Origin: Takakia lepidozioides
Taxonomy: Eukaryota; Plantae; Bryophyta
Assembly: GCA_030704615.1 (NCBI GenBank)
Contig: CM060731.1
Span: 56,420,001-56,484,000, forward strand
Direction of reading: 5' to 3'
DNA length: 64,000 nt
How positions within the stretch are numbered: position 1 is the first letter of the stretch; every line of letters starts with the position of its first letter. The notes under the pieces are model-generated. The model had not been told where the DNA came from and searched no databases. It saw nothing but the letters and a program-made list of their open reading frames with translations. The translations under genes and the position numbers were made by a program. Below are positions 52,611 to 64,000 of this stretch, in pieces.

Positions 52611-52665
52611 CACCGCCACGTGGCGGTGCAGTAACGCTATGGTCGTGGGTTCAAATCACATGACA
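52611..52665 (+). other. 18-bp perfect palindrome with G-box core, followed by a possible tRNA/SINE 3'-half relic
   Basis: CACCGCCACGTGGCGGTG (52611-52628), then GTAACGCTATGGTCGTGGGTTCAAATC (B-box-like), in the divergent AP4E-PPR intergenic region. Confidence 0.35.
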
Positions 52666-52983
52666 TATCCTGGGAGATAGTAGTGCTTGTGCTGTTTGGA
52701 GCGAAGTTCTGCTAGTGTTTCCTAGTGCAAGATCCCGGTTGTCTTCTCCACAGGCTCCTTCGTTGAGGAGAATAGACATTGTACCTATACAGTAGCCGTG
52801 TAAGAATTGTTCTGTACCGCCAGATTATCCAATTGATGGATAGATATACTTGATTAATTCATTGATGATAGTTCCAACCAGTGTTGTTGTGGGCACTTGC
52901 AGCATTTGGGTTTCATCAATTCTGCTCCCAACTTGTGCATTGGTGTTCAAGAGTTGCTGGTGTAGCCATGAGTCCTGGACAGG

Positions 52984-55949
52984 ATGAGGTGCATTGTGCC
53001 TCTCCACACTGAACAGTCAGTGCCCCATGAATTCTGCTCAAGACCATGGCGGGTGGTGGGGTTGCAGGTATGGAAGCAGACCCAGTTGTCTGTTGGGTAC
53101 GAGGGTTGGTGCAAAGGTGCTACTATTGGCACGTTTACCGTCATCACTCACTTTTGTGGAGGCCGAAGACACTGGCGAAGAGGAGAAGGAGGTGAGAAGG
53201 GTAAGAAGGATGCTTTGGTAATCAGCCGGGATGTGAGCAGAGAGTGGAATGATGGACGACTGAATGAGACCGGGCAGATTTTGGACCTGGTGGAGCAACG
53301 GGGCTTTCGCACATATTCGGAGACATGTGTGTGTCTCTTGCAGGGGTGTGGTGAGACGAAGGGCCTGGCAGATGGCAAGGCAGTCCATGCTCACATCATT
53401 AAAAGTGGATTCGAGCCAGACACATTCCTCGGAAACAACCTTGTCAGCATGTATCTGAAGTGCGGGAGCGTTGTGGATGCCCGCGAAGTGTTTGGTAAAA
53501 TGCGGGAAAGGAATGTGATTACATGGAATGCAATGATTGCGGGATTAGCTCAGCAAGCGCACTGTGACGAGGCATTTGAACTCTTTGAGCAAATGTATCG
53601 AGAGGGCGTGAAACCAAACAAGATCACCTTCTTGAGCATCCTCAACGCCTGTGCCAGCCCAGCAGCACTGGAACAGGGCAAGCGGCTCCATGTGGGCACC
53701 ATCGAAGCTGGATTTGAGTCAGACATCCGAGTGGGGACTGCTCTTGTTAGCATGTATTGCAAGTGCGGTAGTTTGCCGGATGCACGGCAAGTGTTTGACA
53801 AAATGTCTAAGCGGGATGTGGTCGCATGGAATGCGATTATTGCAGGATTTGCTCAGCATGGTCATTGGGAGGACGCTTTCGGACTCTTTTGGCACATGCG
53901 AAAAGAAGGTATAATAGCAGAGAAAGTCACTTTCATCAGTATCCTCAACGCATGCGCCAGCCCAGCAGCGTTGGAACAGGGCAAGTGGCTCCACGAGGAC
54001 ATCATCAATGCTAAGTTGGAGTTAGATATCCGAGTGGGGAATTCCCTTGTCAGTATGTATTGCAGGTGTGGGAGTGTGGCAGATGCCCGACAATTCTTTG
54101 ACAAAATGCCCAAGCGAGATGTGGTCACTTGGACTGCGATGACTGCAGGATTTGCTCAGCATGGTCAGGGCCAGGAGGCTTTCGAACTGTTTCGGCAAAT
54201 GCATCTAGAAGGCATAAAACCAGACAAAGTCACTTTCATTAGTATCCTCAATGCATGTGCGAGCCCAGCAGTCCTGGAACAGGGGAAGATGCTACATGTT
54301 GGCTGCATCAAAGCTGGACTTGAGGGGGATGTTCAGGTGGGGACTGCCCTTGTCAGCATGTATTGCAGGTGTGAGAGTTTGACGGATGCCACCCGAGTAT
54401 TTGACACAATGCCCAAGCGAGATGGGGTCTCATGGACTGCTATGATTGCAGGATCTGCTCAGCATGGTCATGGTGAGGAGGCTTTTAAACTCTTTCAGCG
54501 CATGCAAAGAGAAGGCATGAAGGCAGATATTGTCACCTTTATTAGTGTCCTCAACGCTTGTGCTGGCCCGGAGGCTCTAGAATGGGGCAAGCAGCTCCAT
54601 GCCAGCATCATCAAAGCTGAATTTGAGTCAGATATTCGACTCGGGAATGCCCTTGTCAGTATGTATTGCAAGTGCAGGAGTGTGATCGATGCACTCAATG
54701 TGTTTGACAGAATGCCTAAGCGAGATGTGGTCTCATGGACTGCAATGATTGGAGGATGTGCACAGAATGGTCATGGTGAGGAGGCTTTCAAACTCTTTCG
54801 ACAAATGAAAAGAGGGTGTGAAGCCAAACAGCATCACTTTTACTAACATCCTCAATGCCTGTGCCGGCCTAGCATCCCGGAAGGGGCAAAGTTGGTCCAT
54901 GCCTACATTATCAAATCTGTGTGTGAGTCAGATGTCTACGTCAGGAATGCCCTCATTGATATGTATACCAAATGTGGGAGTGTAGAGGATGCACGGGAGG
55001 TGTTTGACAAAATTCTTAAACCAGATGTGTCTCATGACTGCGATGATTATAGGAGTATGCTCAGCATGGGCGTGGTCACAAGGCTCTCCAACTGTTTGAA
55101 CTGATGCAATTGAAAGGTGTGAAGCCAAATGAGGTCACATTTATTGGTGTGCTCTCTGCATGCAGCCATTTGGGCCTTGTAGATGAAGGTGGTCATTATT
55201 TTCAATCCATGTGTCAAGAGCATGGCATTACACCAACAGAAAAGCACTGCACCTGCATGGTTGACCTCCTGGGCCGTGCAGGGCGCTTGGATGAGGCAGA
55301 AGATTTCATTGCCAACATGGCACTCAAACCAGGTGCTTCAGTGTGGGGGGCCTTGCTTGGTGCCTGCAGAATCTATGGAAATGTGGAGTTAGCGGAGCGT
55401 GCTGCAGAATGTATTTTCAAGGTGGAATCACAAGATGCTGCAGTGTACGTGCTGCTTTCAAACATCTATGCTGCAGCTGGTAGGTGGGCTGACGTAGCAA
55501 AAGTGCGAAAAGCAATGGTTGCCAGAGGTGTGAAAAAGGAACCAGGCCACACTTGGATTGAGGTGGAAAACAGGGTGTATACATTTGCCGTTGGAGATAG
55601 ATCTCACCCACGAGCAGAGGAGATCTATGCTGAGTTAGAGAGATTGACTTGGCAGATTAAGGAGGCGGGATATGTGCCTGAGACACGCTTTGTGTTGCGT
55701 GATGTGGATCAGCAGATGAAGGAACAGGCTCTTTACCACCACAGCGAAAAGCTGGCCATTGCTTTTGGGCTCATTAGCACACCCCCTGGGACCCCTATCC
55801 GCATCATTAAAAACCTACGTGTATGTGGGGACTGCCACACTGCCACCAAGTTGATATCCAAAATTGTTGCACGAGAAATTATTGCAAGGGATGCCATCTG
55901 CTTTCATCACTTCAACAATGGGGTGTGTTCTTGTGGGGACTACTGGTGA
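52984..55949 (+). CDS. PLS-class PPR protein with E/E+/DYW deaminase domain (organellar C-to-U editing factor); frameshifted in this assembly
   Basis: Repeating ~101-aa P-L-S triplets, PG box KKEPGHTWIEV, HHSEKLA, CGDCH and terminal CSCGDYW. About five small indels between ~54813 and ~55056 break the frame. Confidence 0.88.
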
Positions 55950-57805
55950 TGGTAGGTGAAACAGCTGTCTGGAGTGTTTTCTGGCTGCTGTATTACCCTG
56001 AGTTTACCCCTCAATGTTTGGCACATGGTGGTTGTTTTTTGGTGTGCCTACACTGCTTGATGAACCTCTCTCAACTGTTTTGGCAGTAAATACCCTGAGC
56101 TCCCTGTTCATAGATGAAGGGGCAGCCACTTAAACATCCTTGCCCCTAGCAGCAAAGCTTCGAGCTATCTGTCCTAAGAGTGATCATCTCAAATCGACAC
56201 TCAGGGATGTCCTACAAATGTCAAAGCACCATCAGTGCTGCCATTGTCATCGTTGCTGGAGTCGCCACCATCATTTTATCCTTACTGCCTCCTTTTGTGC
56301 TCACCAATTTTTTTTATTATTGTCTTGCGCCCTCTTTAATACAAGTGGGTCGGACAGAACATCTCCTTCCTCATCTTGGACAACCTAGAAGCCATGCCCT
56401 TCACCAATAGTACTACTGGGACACTAGGGTTGACATCTGAAAGTATATTTGGCATACCCACCACGCAGCACAGTTTTGGGTTTTATCTTTGGGGGTTTCA
56501 ACAGGTGTGCAATCATCATCCAACCCCTCAAGAATGGGTGTGGCTGCACACGAAGGCACTGGCCTAGGGGATCGGATTTTGATGTGACAATCATGATTTT
56601 ATTTGTTTTTACTTTTTTTTTGAAAATAGGCAAGGCCCGAATAGATTGAATAGAGGAAAAGATAATCTCAAGAGCCATGAAGGCCTTTACAAGTGACAGG
56701 GCAACCACCCTCAGACCAACAGGAAACACACAGACAACCGAAGGACGGAACAACCAAAAACAAAGGAGGATTCCATTATAGGATCCTATCATTTGTTCCT
56801 CGGTGCTTGAAAATTGACATAAGCCTATTTTCGGTATTGTAATTCATCTTGTGCCTCCAATTTATATCTTCTTCTCTATAGGAGTCGATTGGTTCTTCAA
56901 CTTTTGGGCCATGTTGGACATTTAACTTAGGTAACTAACATCTTTTTTATTTTTTAGTTTTTAGTTTTTTATACTAGATTTTAATTTTTAATGTTTTTTA
57001 AAAATACTTGCATAGTCAAGCTAGATAAAGGCTGGGTGATGGAAAACACAAACCACAGGTTTGTCCGATTACACCATTCATCAAATTTGTCGAACGGGAG
57101 AATCTGGAAGCTCTCATTACAAGACACGTGGCATATACCGGCTAAGCCGAATCTGAAGATCTAACGGTCTGAGTTTGTACTGTATGAACTTCACCAAAGT
57201 TGCGTTGAAGTCTCGAAGACATGCACAGCAGGGAGCAGAATGGAGGCTTTGGAGACCTTTGAGCAAATGAAGGAGCGAAGATCAAAGAGTTCCCATGTCC
57301 CCTGACCTGTTTTTAGTATTAAGGTTGCAAATATATGCACCAAAACATATCTTCTACATATTTCTCGTTCATTCTTGGGTGACAACGTTTTCTTGCAGGC
57401 GTATGCCTGCTCCATACATGAGGCCCTGTTCTTCCAATTCAGTCATGTGGTCATTTTGGGCATACCTGGTTATCTATAAAACTTAGGGTTTAGAGAAAAT
57501 GACATAACCACCTGGCAAACATACCGGTCGCAGTATGGCGATATTGCGATTGAGACCAGTACTGAGGGGCGAGCAGTTGAAGATGGGAAGAGTAGGCAAT
57601 ATGACTTATTTTTTGCTCTATATCTATGGTGCCTTTAGTTGTATTAGTAATTATCTGAATCTCAGCTACACCCAATTTTTTCGGGGCTTATCATTTATCC
57701 ATTGGGTATGTTTTATACATACGTCTTTGAAATTTTATTTTTTCCCTTTATCAATATAACTTCAACTAGTATGTGTTTCGAGGTACCTCAAAACTTTAGT
57801 TTGGG

Positions 57806-60540
57806 TTTTTTTTTTTTTTTTTTTTTTTTCCAACAGGTGGATTGTATCCCTGATTTACTTTTTTATAAAAAGAAAACTGGAGGGCGAAGCCCTTAAGATT
57901 ATTCGGGGGAAAAAAAAAACAACCCCGTTTAACACCATAAGGCACACACACTGTGGTCAGTGTACTACGATCCAGACATCCTCTCTGGAGGAAATTTCCT
58001 ATGAAATAGTGGCAGGGACCGAATCCCAAGAAATCAGACAAGATTAATACTACCCAGCCAATATGCCTACTAGTTGGCATTTAGGGGACACTCTGAAGTG
58101 AAGAAGGAACAAGAGAGACGATTACGTCCATTGTCTTTTGTGATCGTTTCAGAGTTCTATCTATAATGTAGTCTAGAGGCTTTGCTGGTTTTGACATGCT
58201 TCCAGTTCACCTCACGTTCAAGCTCGGGGGGAAGAGTGCGCATAGTGGAACTCTTCCACGATTTTCATACCCGCATCGAACACTGCAGACACGAACTTCC
58301 TGTTTCCAATTTTCCCAAACTCCGCTAGAATCCGATCCCCAGTCAGCCAAGTCAACGAAGAGGAGGAGTTTTCAAGCAATTTCAGGTCTGAGAGACGTAT
58401 AGTAGGCAACAGCTAAATACTATAATCTCTAGAAAAACACTGATTTTGGAAAGCACCAAAGAAGATAGGAGTGTCAGTGTTAAGAATGAGATGAGGGAGA
58501 AAATGCAGAAAGATGCTATGGATCTTAGAGAGTATCACATCCATTTCTTTCCCCTGAGAGAGAGAATGGACATCTTCCGGGAAGATCCAGGAGCCCACAA
58601 AGGTATCCTTGCCAGTTCCAAAAAGGGCCGGTGCACCTTCCAAGCAGGTAAAGACGACCGGTGTAACATAAATTCCAACAGACACCGGACCATCTGAGGG
58701 AGCAGGGTCGTCTGGGAGCATTAGCCTTCGAAAAGATTTGAGTCTGCAGCAGAAATCACCCAAGTTCTCCAATTGTCCATCTCTAAGCTTGTAGATCACC
58801 ACCTCAGCCCTGGATCGTTCAAGCAACGGAACTAGAGAGTTCAAAAATTCTCTTAGGTTGAAACGGATATCCGAACTCGGAGTTAACATCACTCTGGGTT
58901 TTTTGGCAGGTTGCCTGTCCGGAGGAGATGCATCTTCCCGAGCACAGCCAGCTTGTCTATCTTGGGCCATCATCGACATTTGTACACCTCCTTGCTCCCT
59001 CTGGCTCTCTACCTCCTCTTTTCTCTGGGCTGCTATCACAGAAGGAGAAGAGATATTAGCCATCTTAGCCTTTAATTTGTTTTGCGGGCAATCTACTTTG
59101 ATGTGCCCTTCCTTATGACACATGTGGCAGAGAACATTAAGAGATTCTTCTAGAACTGCCACAACAATAAAGGAATTGTCCATCGTTGGCAATTTAAGAG
59201 AGGCCTCAATTTTAGAATGTTCAGGCATCCAAACCATGATTTTGGGGACCCCCGAGTCCTAAGTATGATCAAAGTTAGCAACTGAGTCAATACTGAGGTG
59301 GTCATCTTCTCCAATATCATCAACATTCATCGCACCAATATACGCTCCGAAGTAAGCTCCTATTTCTAGCAAGGATAAAAAATATTGGGCCGGGAGGTAA
59401 GGCAAGGCGATGACTCTTGGCTTGCAGGTTACGCCGAGTTTATGACCCCATTCTGAAGACTAGGGGAATATGTGCACACGGTAACGTGACCTGCGAATAT
59501 TGAACTTCAACGCTTTGACAGCAAAATCTGCCGAGCTGAATAGAATCGAGAAAAAACCTCTACCGAGAGGGTGACAAAAGTGTGGGGTCAGGCCACCTTG
59601 CGGCCCCAGATGCTCCTGTGCCCGCGTCCTAACCCAATGGCGGTCCCGGACTCTGCCTGGAAACTGGATTAATATTCCTTGTTCAGACAATAGCTTAGAG
59701 TGGTTCCTCACTCCACAATTCGGGTTGTCTGCCCTGCGGGGAGGTCGGAGCTGAGCCAAGCAATCCAATACCATTATGCCTATAGTAACCACCGCTTCTA
59801 CGTCTCTCTTTTTGCTGTCTGTTATTTCTGAAAGTAGAGCCTTTGGGCGGACCTCCATAGACCGCATTGGCATTCGGGGCCATGAAGACGCAGCCAGCTC
59901 CGGGACCAGCTATCAGAAGCAATGAGAAACAACCAAGAAAGGGAAGAGGGAACAAGAGCAGGAGATCACATTCACCAAGACGGGGACGGAAGGGAGAGGA
60001 CAAGGAAGGAGAGTAACTGGGGGGAGCTTCTTTTCTGAAGTCACGATAGCCAATGTGAGACCGGAAGGTCAGAGAAAATAGACAACTTTCAGCAGGGCTG
60101 CCACAGCTGGTATCTGAGCGCGTGTCTCAATCTCTTGGCAGCGAGCAATGAAGAGAACGCCTCCTTTCCCTGACTCACCTAGGTTTCAATGAAGAACATG
60201 AAGAGCAAGAGACAAGAGAAAACACCCCACTGATGCGCGAAGGGCTTAGAGCTCGCAGATAGCAAGGAGGCTATGCCAGGATGAATCCATCCAGAAGAAG
60301 AGAAGAGAAAACTCTGACGGGATGCATTCGTTGGGAGAAAAATTGTGAATTTAAGTTATAGTAAAGGAATACTGAACGGAAGACATCCGTAAGAGAAGGG
60401 AGGGAGCTCAGACTGAGCTAGATCATCGAACAGAGAAAGAGAAAGGAAGAGGAGAGAGACAACATCCGTTCAGCGGCGAGGGACGGCTTGCCAGCGGCTA
60501 AGTCCTTTCCCCCTCACCACGGAGCCTTCCACCGCTCCAT
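57806..60540 (-). mobile_element. ORF1-only L1 derivative with poly(A) tail (HAL1-like; LINE-B), degenerate
   Basis: T24 tail at 57806-57829. L1 ORF1-like HPLGRGFFSILF (59460-59873) and zinc knuckle CHMCHKEGHIKVDC (58413-59237). No EN or RT between ORF1 and the tail. The 5' end is approximate. Confidence 0.65.
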
Positions 60541-60545
60541 CTTGG

Positions 60546-61430
60546 GACTTTAGAATACGAATCCTCTCCATCTGTTTTGCTGCTAAATATTAAGAATGGT
60601 TCTATTCACTGCTCTTGTCCAGTATGGGAATCTCTAATAGGGATAATCCTTTGGCACATATGGAAAATGAGATGCGCAGTGTTGTTTCAAAAGGTGAGAC
60701 CTTGCCTGCAAAAAGTGTTGTTTCTGGCTCACTCAGACTTAAGATCTGAAGCTCGCAAAGTGTGGTCGGTGCTTGTGTTAGCTCTTTCTAGGTGTACCAG
60801 CTCTAGGCGAGACAAGCTGCTTGCCTCCTTCGACAATTCCTGGGGAAAGGGCCTCGTTTTCTGTAGAAGAATTTCAGATTCAAGGATTGTGTGGGAAGAC
60901 GTCATCCCTGCCTGTTGGCAACTCAACCAGTACCAAGCAAACTCCTCTGGAGGCGGATGATGTTGAAGTAAATTGGAGGCACAAGCGTAGTGGGTCTAGG
61001 AAAGGGAAATCTAAGATCCAACTCTTTTTTGATGCTCCCAAGAGAAAAAAATGGGGTTCATAGGTTGTTCTGTTTATCTGTTTCCTTTCCCTTTCTTCAG
61101 GTTGTGATTGTAGGGTGGGCTTGCATGCTTCGAATTTCTTTTCGGATGGTTCGAAGCGCACAATTCTATCTCTTTCTCCTTACTCGGTTCCCCATAAGCT
61201 TGGTTAGAAAGCGATCTTGATGGCTCCTCAACTTAGCTTTGTTCTCTTTTTCTCGATCATCTGGACTTTTGGCTCGGAGTGGTACCTTAGTAATCTGCCT
61301 TATGGCTTCCTGTAAGGTTATTTTTTCCTTACCCCTTTTTAATAAATTTACAGGGCTACAATCCCTTGTTCCTGGAATAAATAAATAAAAATAAATAAAT
61401 AAATAAAAATAAATAAATAAATGGATGTTC

Positions 61431-61463
<33 letters not shown>
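60546..61463 (+). mobile_element. 5'-truncated L1-like 3' end (LINE-C) with (AATAA)n and A32 tail
   Basis: PVWESLIGIILWHIWKMRC...WGKG..C...VWEDVIPACWQ is homologous to the LINE-A ORF2 C-terminus. Poly(A) at 61432-61463. Confidence 0.85.
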
Positions 61464-61465
<2 letters not shown>

Positions 61466-61799
61466 CACATGAGATATGGACTTCTAAGTGGAAGAATTCT
61501 GCATGTTTTTGAGCCATTTTAATCTCTAGCTTGGATTATCATATGCTACGAAGATATCCAGGGATGTTGGTGAAAAATATATATGTTTGTTGGATCTAAA
61601 TTGAACGAAGGCGGCTCTTCTGTCCTTGTATAAGGTACTTTCGCTTTTTCGAATCTGATCATGTATTCAATTTCAAACTCTAAAATTTAAATTTTTCCGG
61701 GCAGGTTCGTTGGGCAGATTGAAATGTTCTTGTTCACCTTCGTTGACCTTCGTCACTGATGGAATTGCGTTGGTAACTGACAGCATAGGAGCTCTCCGA

Positions 61800-62958
61800 T
61801 CTTATCCAAGGTATAGACCCTCAATGGATGACCACACTAGAGGAGGGCCCACCCCCTCCTTCCCCCAACTCTTGGGCTCTTTCTATTCTACATGGGCATC
61901 TTGTCATCCTCTTCGTAAAGGAAATCCTCCCTGGTCAACTCTCTGTCTTTTCCTTCAAGATCAACACAACCTCTCTGGTCCTCTCGCTTTCATCTCCCCT
62001 CCCTACCTTTATTCAATCCATTGGACTCACACCGATAAGGATATGCTGCTGGACCTTACCTTATAAGTCGATGAACCCTGAGCCTCCTCTTACCATCCCA
62101 CTCCATCTCTGGCTCGCTAGTAACACATTTGTCTGGATTCTTGGAAGACCGCTGGCAGAGTTAGACCTGGACCCCCAGGAGTGGTCATGGAGATTTAAAA
62201 CCAGCCTGACCCATTCTTCGCATACACAACTAAGAAGGCCTACAAAGTCCTCTCCTCTACTCAACCAATGAAAGCCAAATGGAAAAACAGATGAGGGTTT
62301 CATGGATTCAATAACGAAAACTGGGCTGTGATATGGAGTTCTATCTGGATCAAAACTAGACCTGCTAAGATAGTTACGTTTCTCTGGCAGCTGGCCAATC
62401 GTGTGCTGAAGACTGGAGAATGGCTTCAATTTCATGCTGCTATGCCTTGTGCCTACTGTTCTACTGCTGTTATAGAATCCATTGAGCAATGTTTGCTTTC
62501 TTGTCAGGCCCCAGCTTGAGTTTGGCTATTGATTAAAGCTTTCTATTAGTACTGGAACCCTAGACCTCTCTCAACTACTGATCTGCTGCTAAACTATGAC
62601 CCAGCTAGTCCAGATCTGTCAGTTTGTCCTGTTTTTTGAGACCTTGAGAGCTTCGACATTGTGGCATCTATGGAAAATACGTTGTAAGAATACTTTTACA
62701 AGGCAGACTACAACGATATCATCCCTTCTATCTAAAGTTTTCTACGATTTGCAAACAAAGGCCAGAAAGGCGTGGACAAAAACTTGTGCAAATATTGATC
62801 GAAACTCCGCAAGCGTAGAAGCCATCCATGCCTCTTTCCAAAACTCCTGGGGGCGCCAGGGTTTCATATGCTACAACCCTAGGCAGGACCGTGGCAAGAC
62901 TTCTGTCTCTGGACCGAGCTCCCTCCCACAGCCTGACGAGATCACCGTGCCCTCTTGA
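61800..62958 (+). mobile_element. Degenerate L1 ORF2 C-terminal (zf-RVT-like) fragment
   Basis: LDLDPQEWSW, IWSSIWIKTRPAKIVTFLWQLANRVLKTG, CAYC..ESIEQCLLSC and LWHLWKIRC, collinear with 7355-8560. Confidence 0.85.
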
Positions 62959-62969
62959 CCAAAGCTCTC

Positions 62970-64000
62970 TTATCCGTTGAGGATGGAGTTGCACCCCCAA
63001 ATAAAATTCCTCATCAATGATTTAACTTTCTTAATAATCAGTGCTCCAGGCGACCACACCGAGGCTAGGAACCACAAGGAGGCCAGAAGGACTTGATTAA
63101 CAATCAAAGCTCTTCCAATGACAGAAAGATGTAGGGAACACCAATAAGAGAGCTTCTTTTTCAGCTTGGAGAGGACAACAGCAAACCTGATCTCATCATT
63201 CAAATCAGCGCCAACCAACTGACCCAACAGCTCATGTGATTCTCCATCCAAGAGCCGTCGCAAGCCAAGCTCAATTCCCCACGGGGCAATGTGAGAAGCT
63301 GCAATGGGATCTGACAGTTGACTCAACAAGCCGACAAACTTTCCCCAATTAATTTTAAGACCATAGGCTGCACAGAAGGATTTCAACGAACTGAGAGCAG
63401 CATTGACATTGGAAAGAGAGGAATTGTTGATAAACAATGAGGTATCATCGGCATAAAGAGAAGATTTTATGGAGGAAGTAGGGGAGATATCAAGAGAGTT
63501 ATAACCAAGCCCAACGAATTATCTTGTCTCTTATCCATCAAGTGGCCTAGACCATCCGCAGCTATCAGAAATAAAAAGGGAGCCAGTGGGCATCCATGTC
63601 TAACAGATTTGGATAGGGGGAAGGCTTTAGAGATCACACCATTAATCAAGACTCTGCTAGAGGCTGAAGATAGCAGAATACGAATCCACTTCAGGAAGTT
63701 CCCATTAATACCAGCCGCTTCCAAAGCACCCCACAAGTAGCACCAATTGATGTTATCAAAAGCTTTTTCAAAATCTAACATGAGGAGGGCCAACGGTTGG
63801 TTATCAGATCGAGCAAGATGCATCACCTCATTGGTCAAGAGTATGTTATCTAGAATCATTCTCTTTTTCAAGAAACCTGATTGTTCTGGCCTAATCAACT
63901 TGGACAACAAAGGTTGAAGACGCCTCGCTAGAGCCTTGGCTATGATTTTGTAGGTAGAGTTTAACATGGTGATCGGCCTGCAGTTAGACAACAAATCACG
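62970..64000 (-). mobile_element. L1-like reverse transcriptase fragment (runs off the window edge)
   Basis: RPITMLNSTYKI, EQSGF, LDFEKAFD, VRHGCPLAPFLF, LYADDT (~63441-63458, frameshifted), LKINWGK and LSVIGRALIVNQVL. Confidence 0.92.

Noticed and set aside
56900-57805. Additional DNA transposon continuing at 61464-61790
   Set aside because: The composition is suggestive, but I could not find matching termini or a TSD.
61800-64000. Twin-priming 5' inversion
   Set aside because: Twin priming gives a head-to-head junction and keeps the poly(A). This junction is tail-to-tail with no tail.

Overview
Eukaryotic nuclear DNA from a land plant, most likely a non-seed lineage (inferred from the PLS-DYW PPR style and the TE families). 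It holds three host genes: a 5-exon MBD4-like DNA glycosylase (+, ~2222-5590), an 11-exon AP-4 epsilon adaptin (-, 44816-51480) and a PLS-DYW PPR RNA-editing factor (+, 52984-55949, with a cluster of indels). There is also a PPR relic at ~1.5-1.9 kb. Bases 6503-43429 form a ~37 kb nested transposon stack. An apparent ~0.76 kb hAT-type MITE contains an RT-deleted L1-like LINE (6891-27358) and a 15.7 kb Mutator-like element (MULE-2). The LINE in turn contains a 13.3 kb MULE (MULE-1) and a 1 kb hAT derivative. MULE-2 contains a 2.8 kb SWIM-bearing element with a hairpin/poly-A repeat array. Both big MULEs share one design: a MULE/SWIM transposase convergent with a large accessory gene (zinc finger, unrecognised conserved domain, Ulp1-like protease with a His-Asn-Cys triad). 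Their non-coding DNA is saturated with one oriented motif (AGTCYRC). This resembles, but is not shown to be, a VANDAL/VANC-type anti-silencing system and is the best candidate for a new system here. The right end has several L1-like pieces, including an ORF1-only (HAL1-like) element. Three of the LINE 3' ends share a two-hairpin structure whose stems differ in sequence but still pair.
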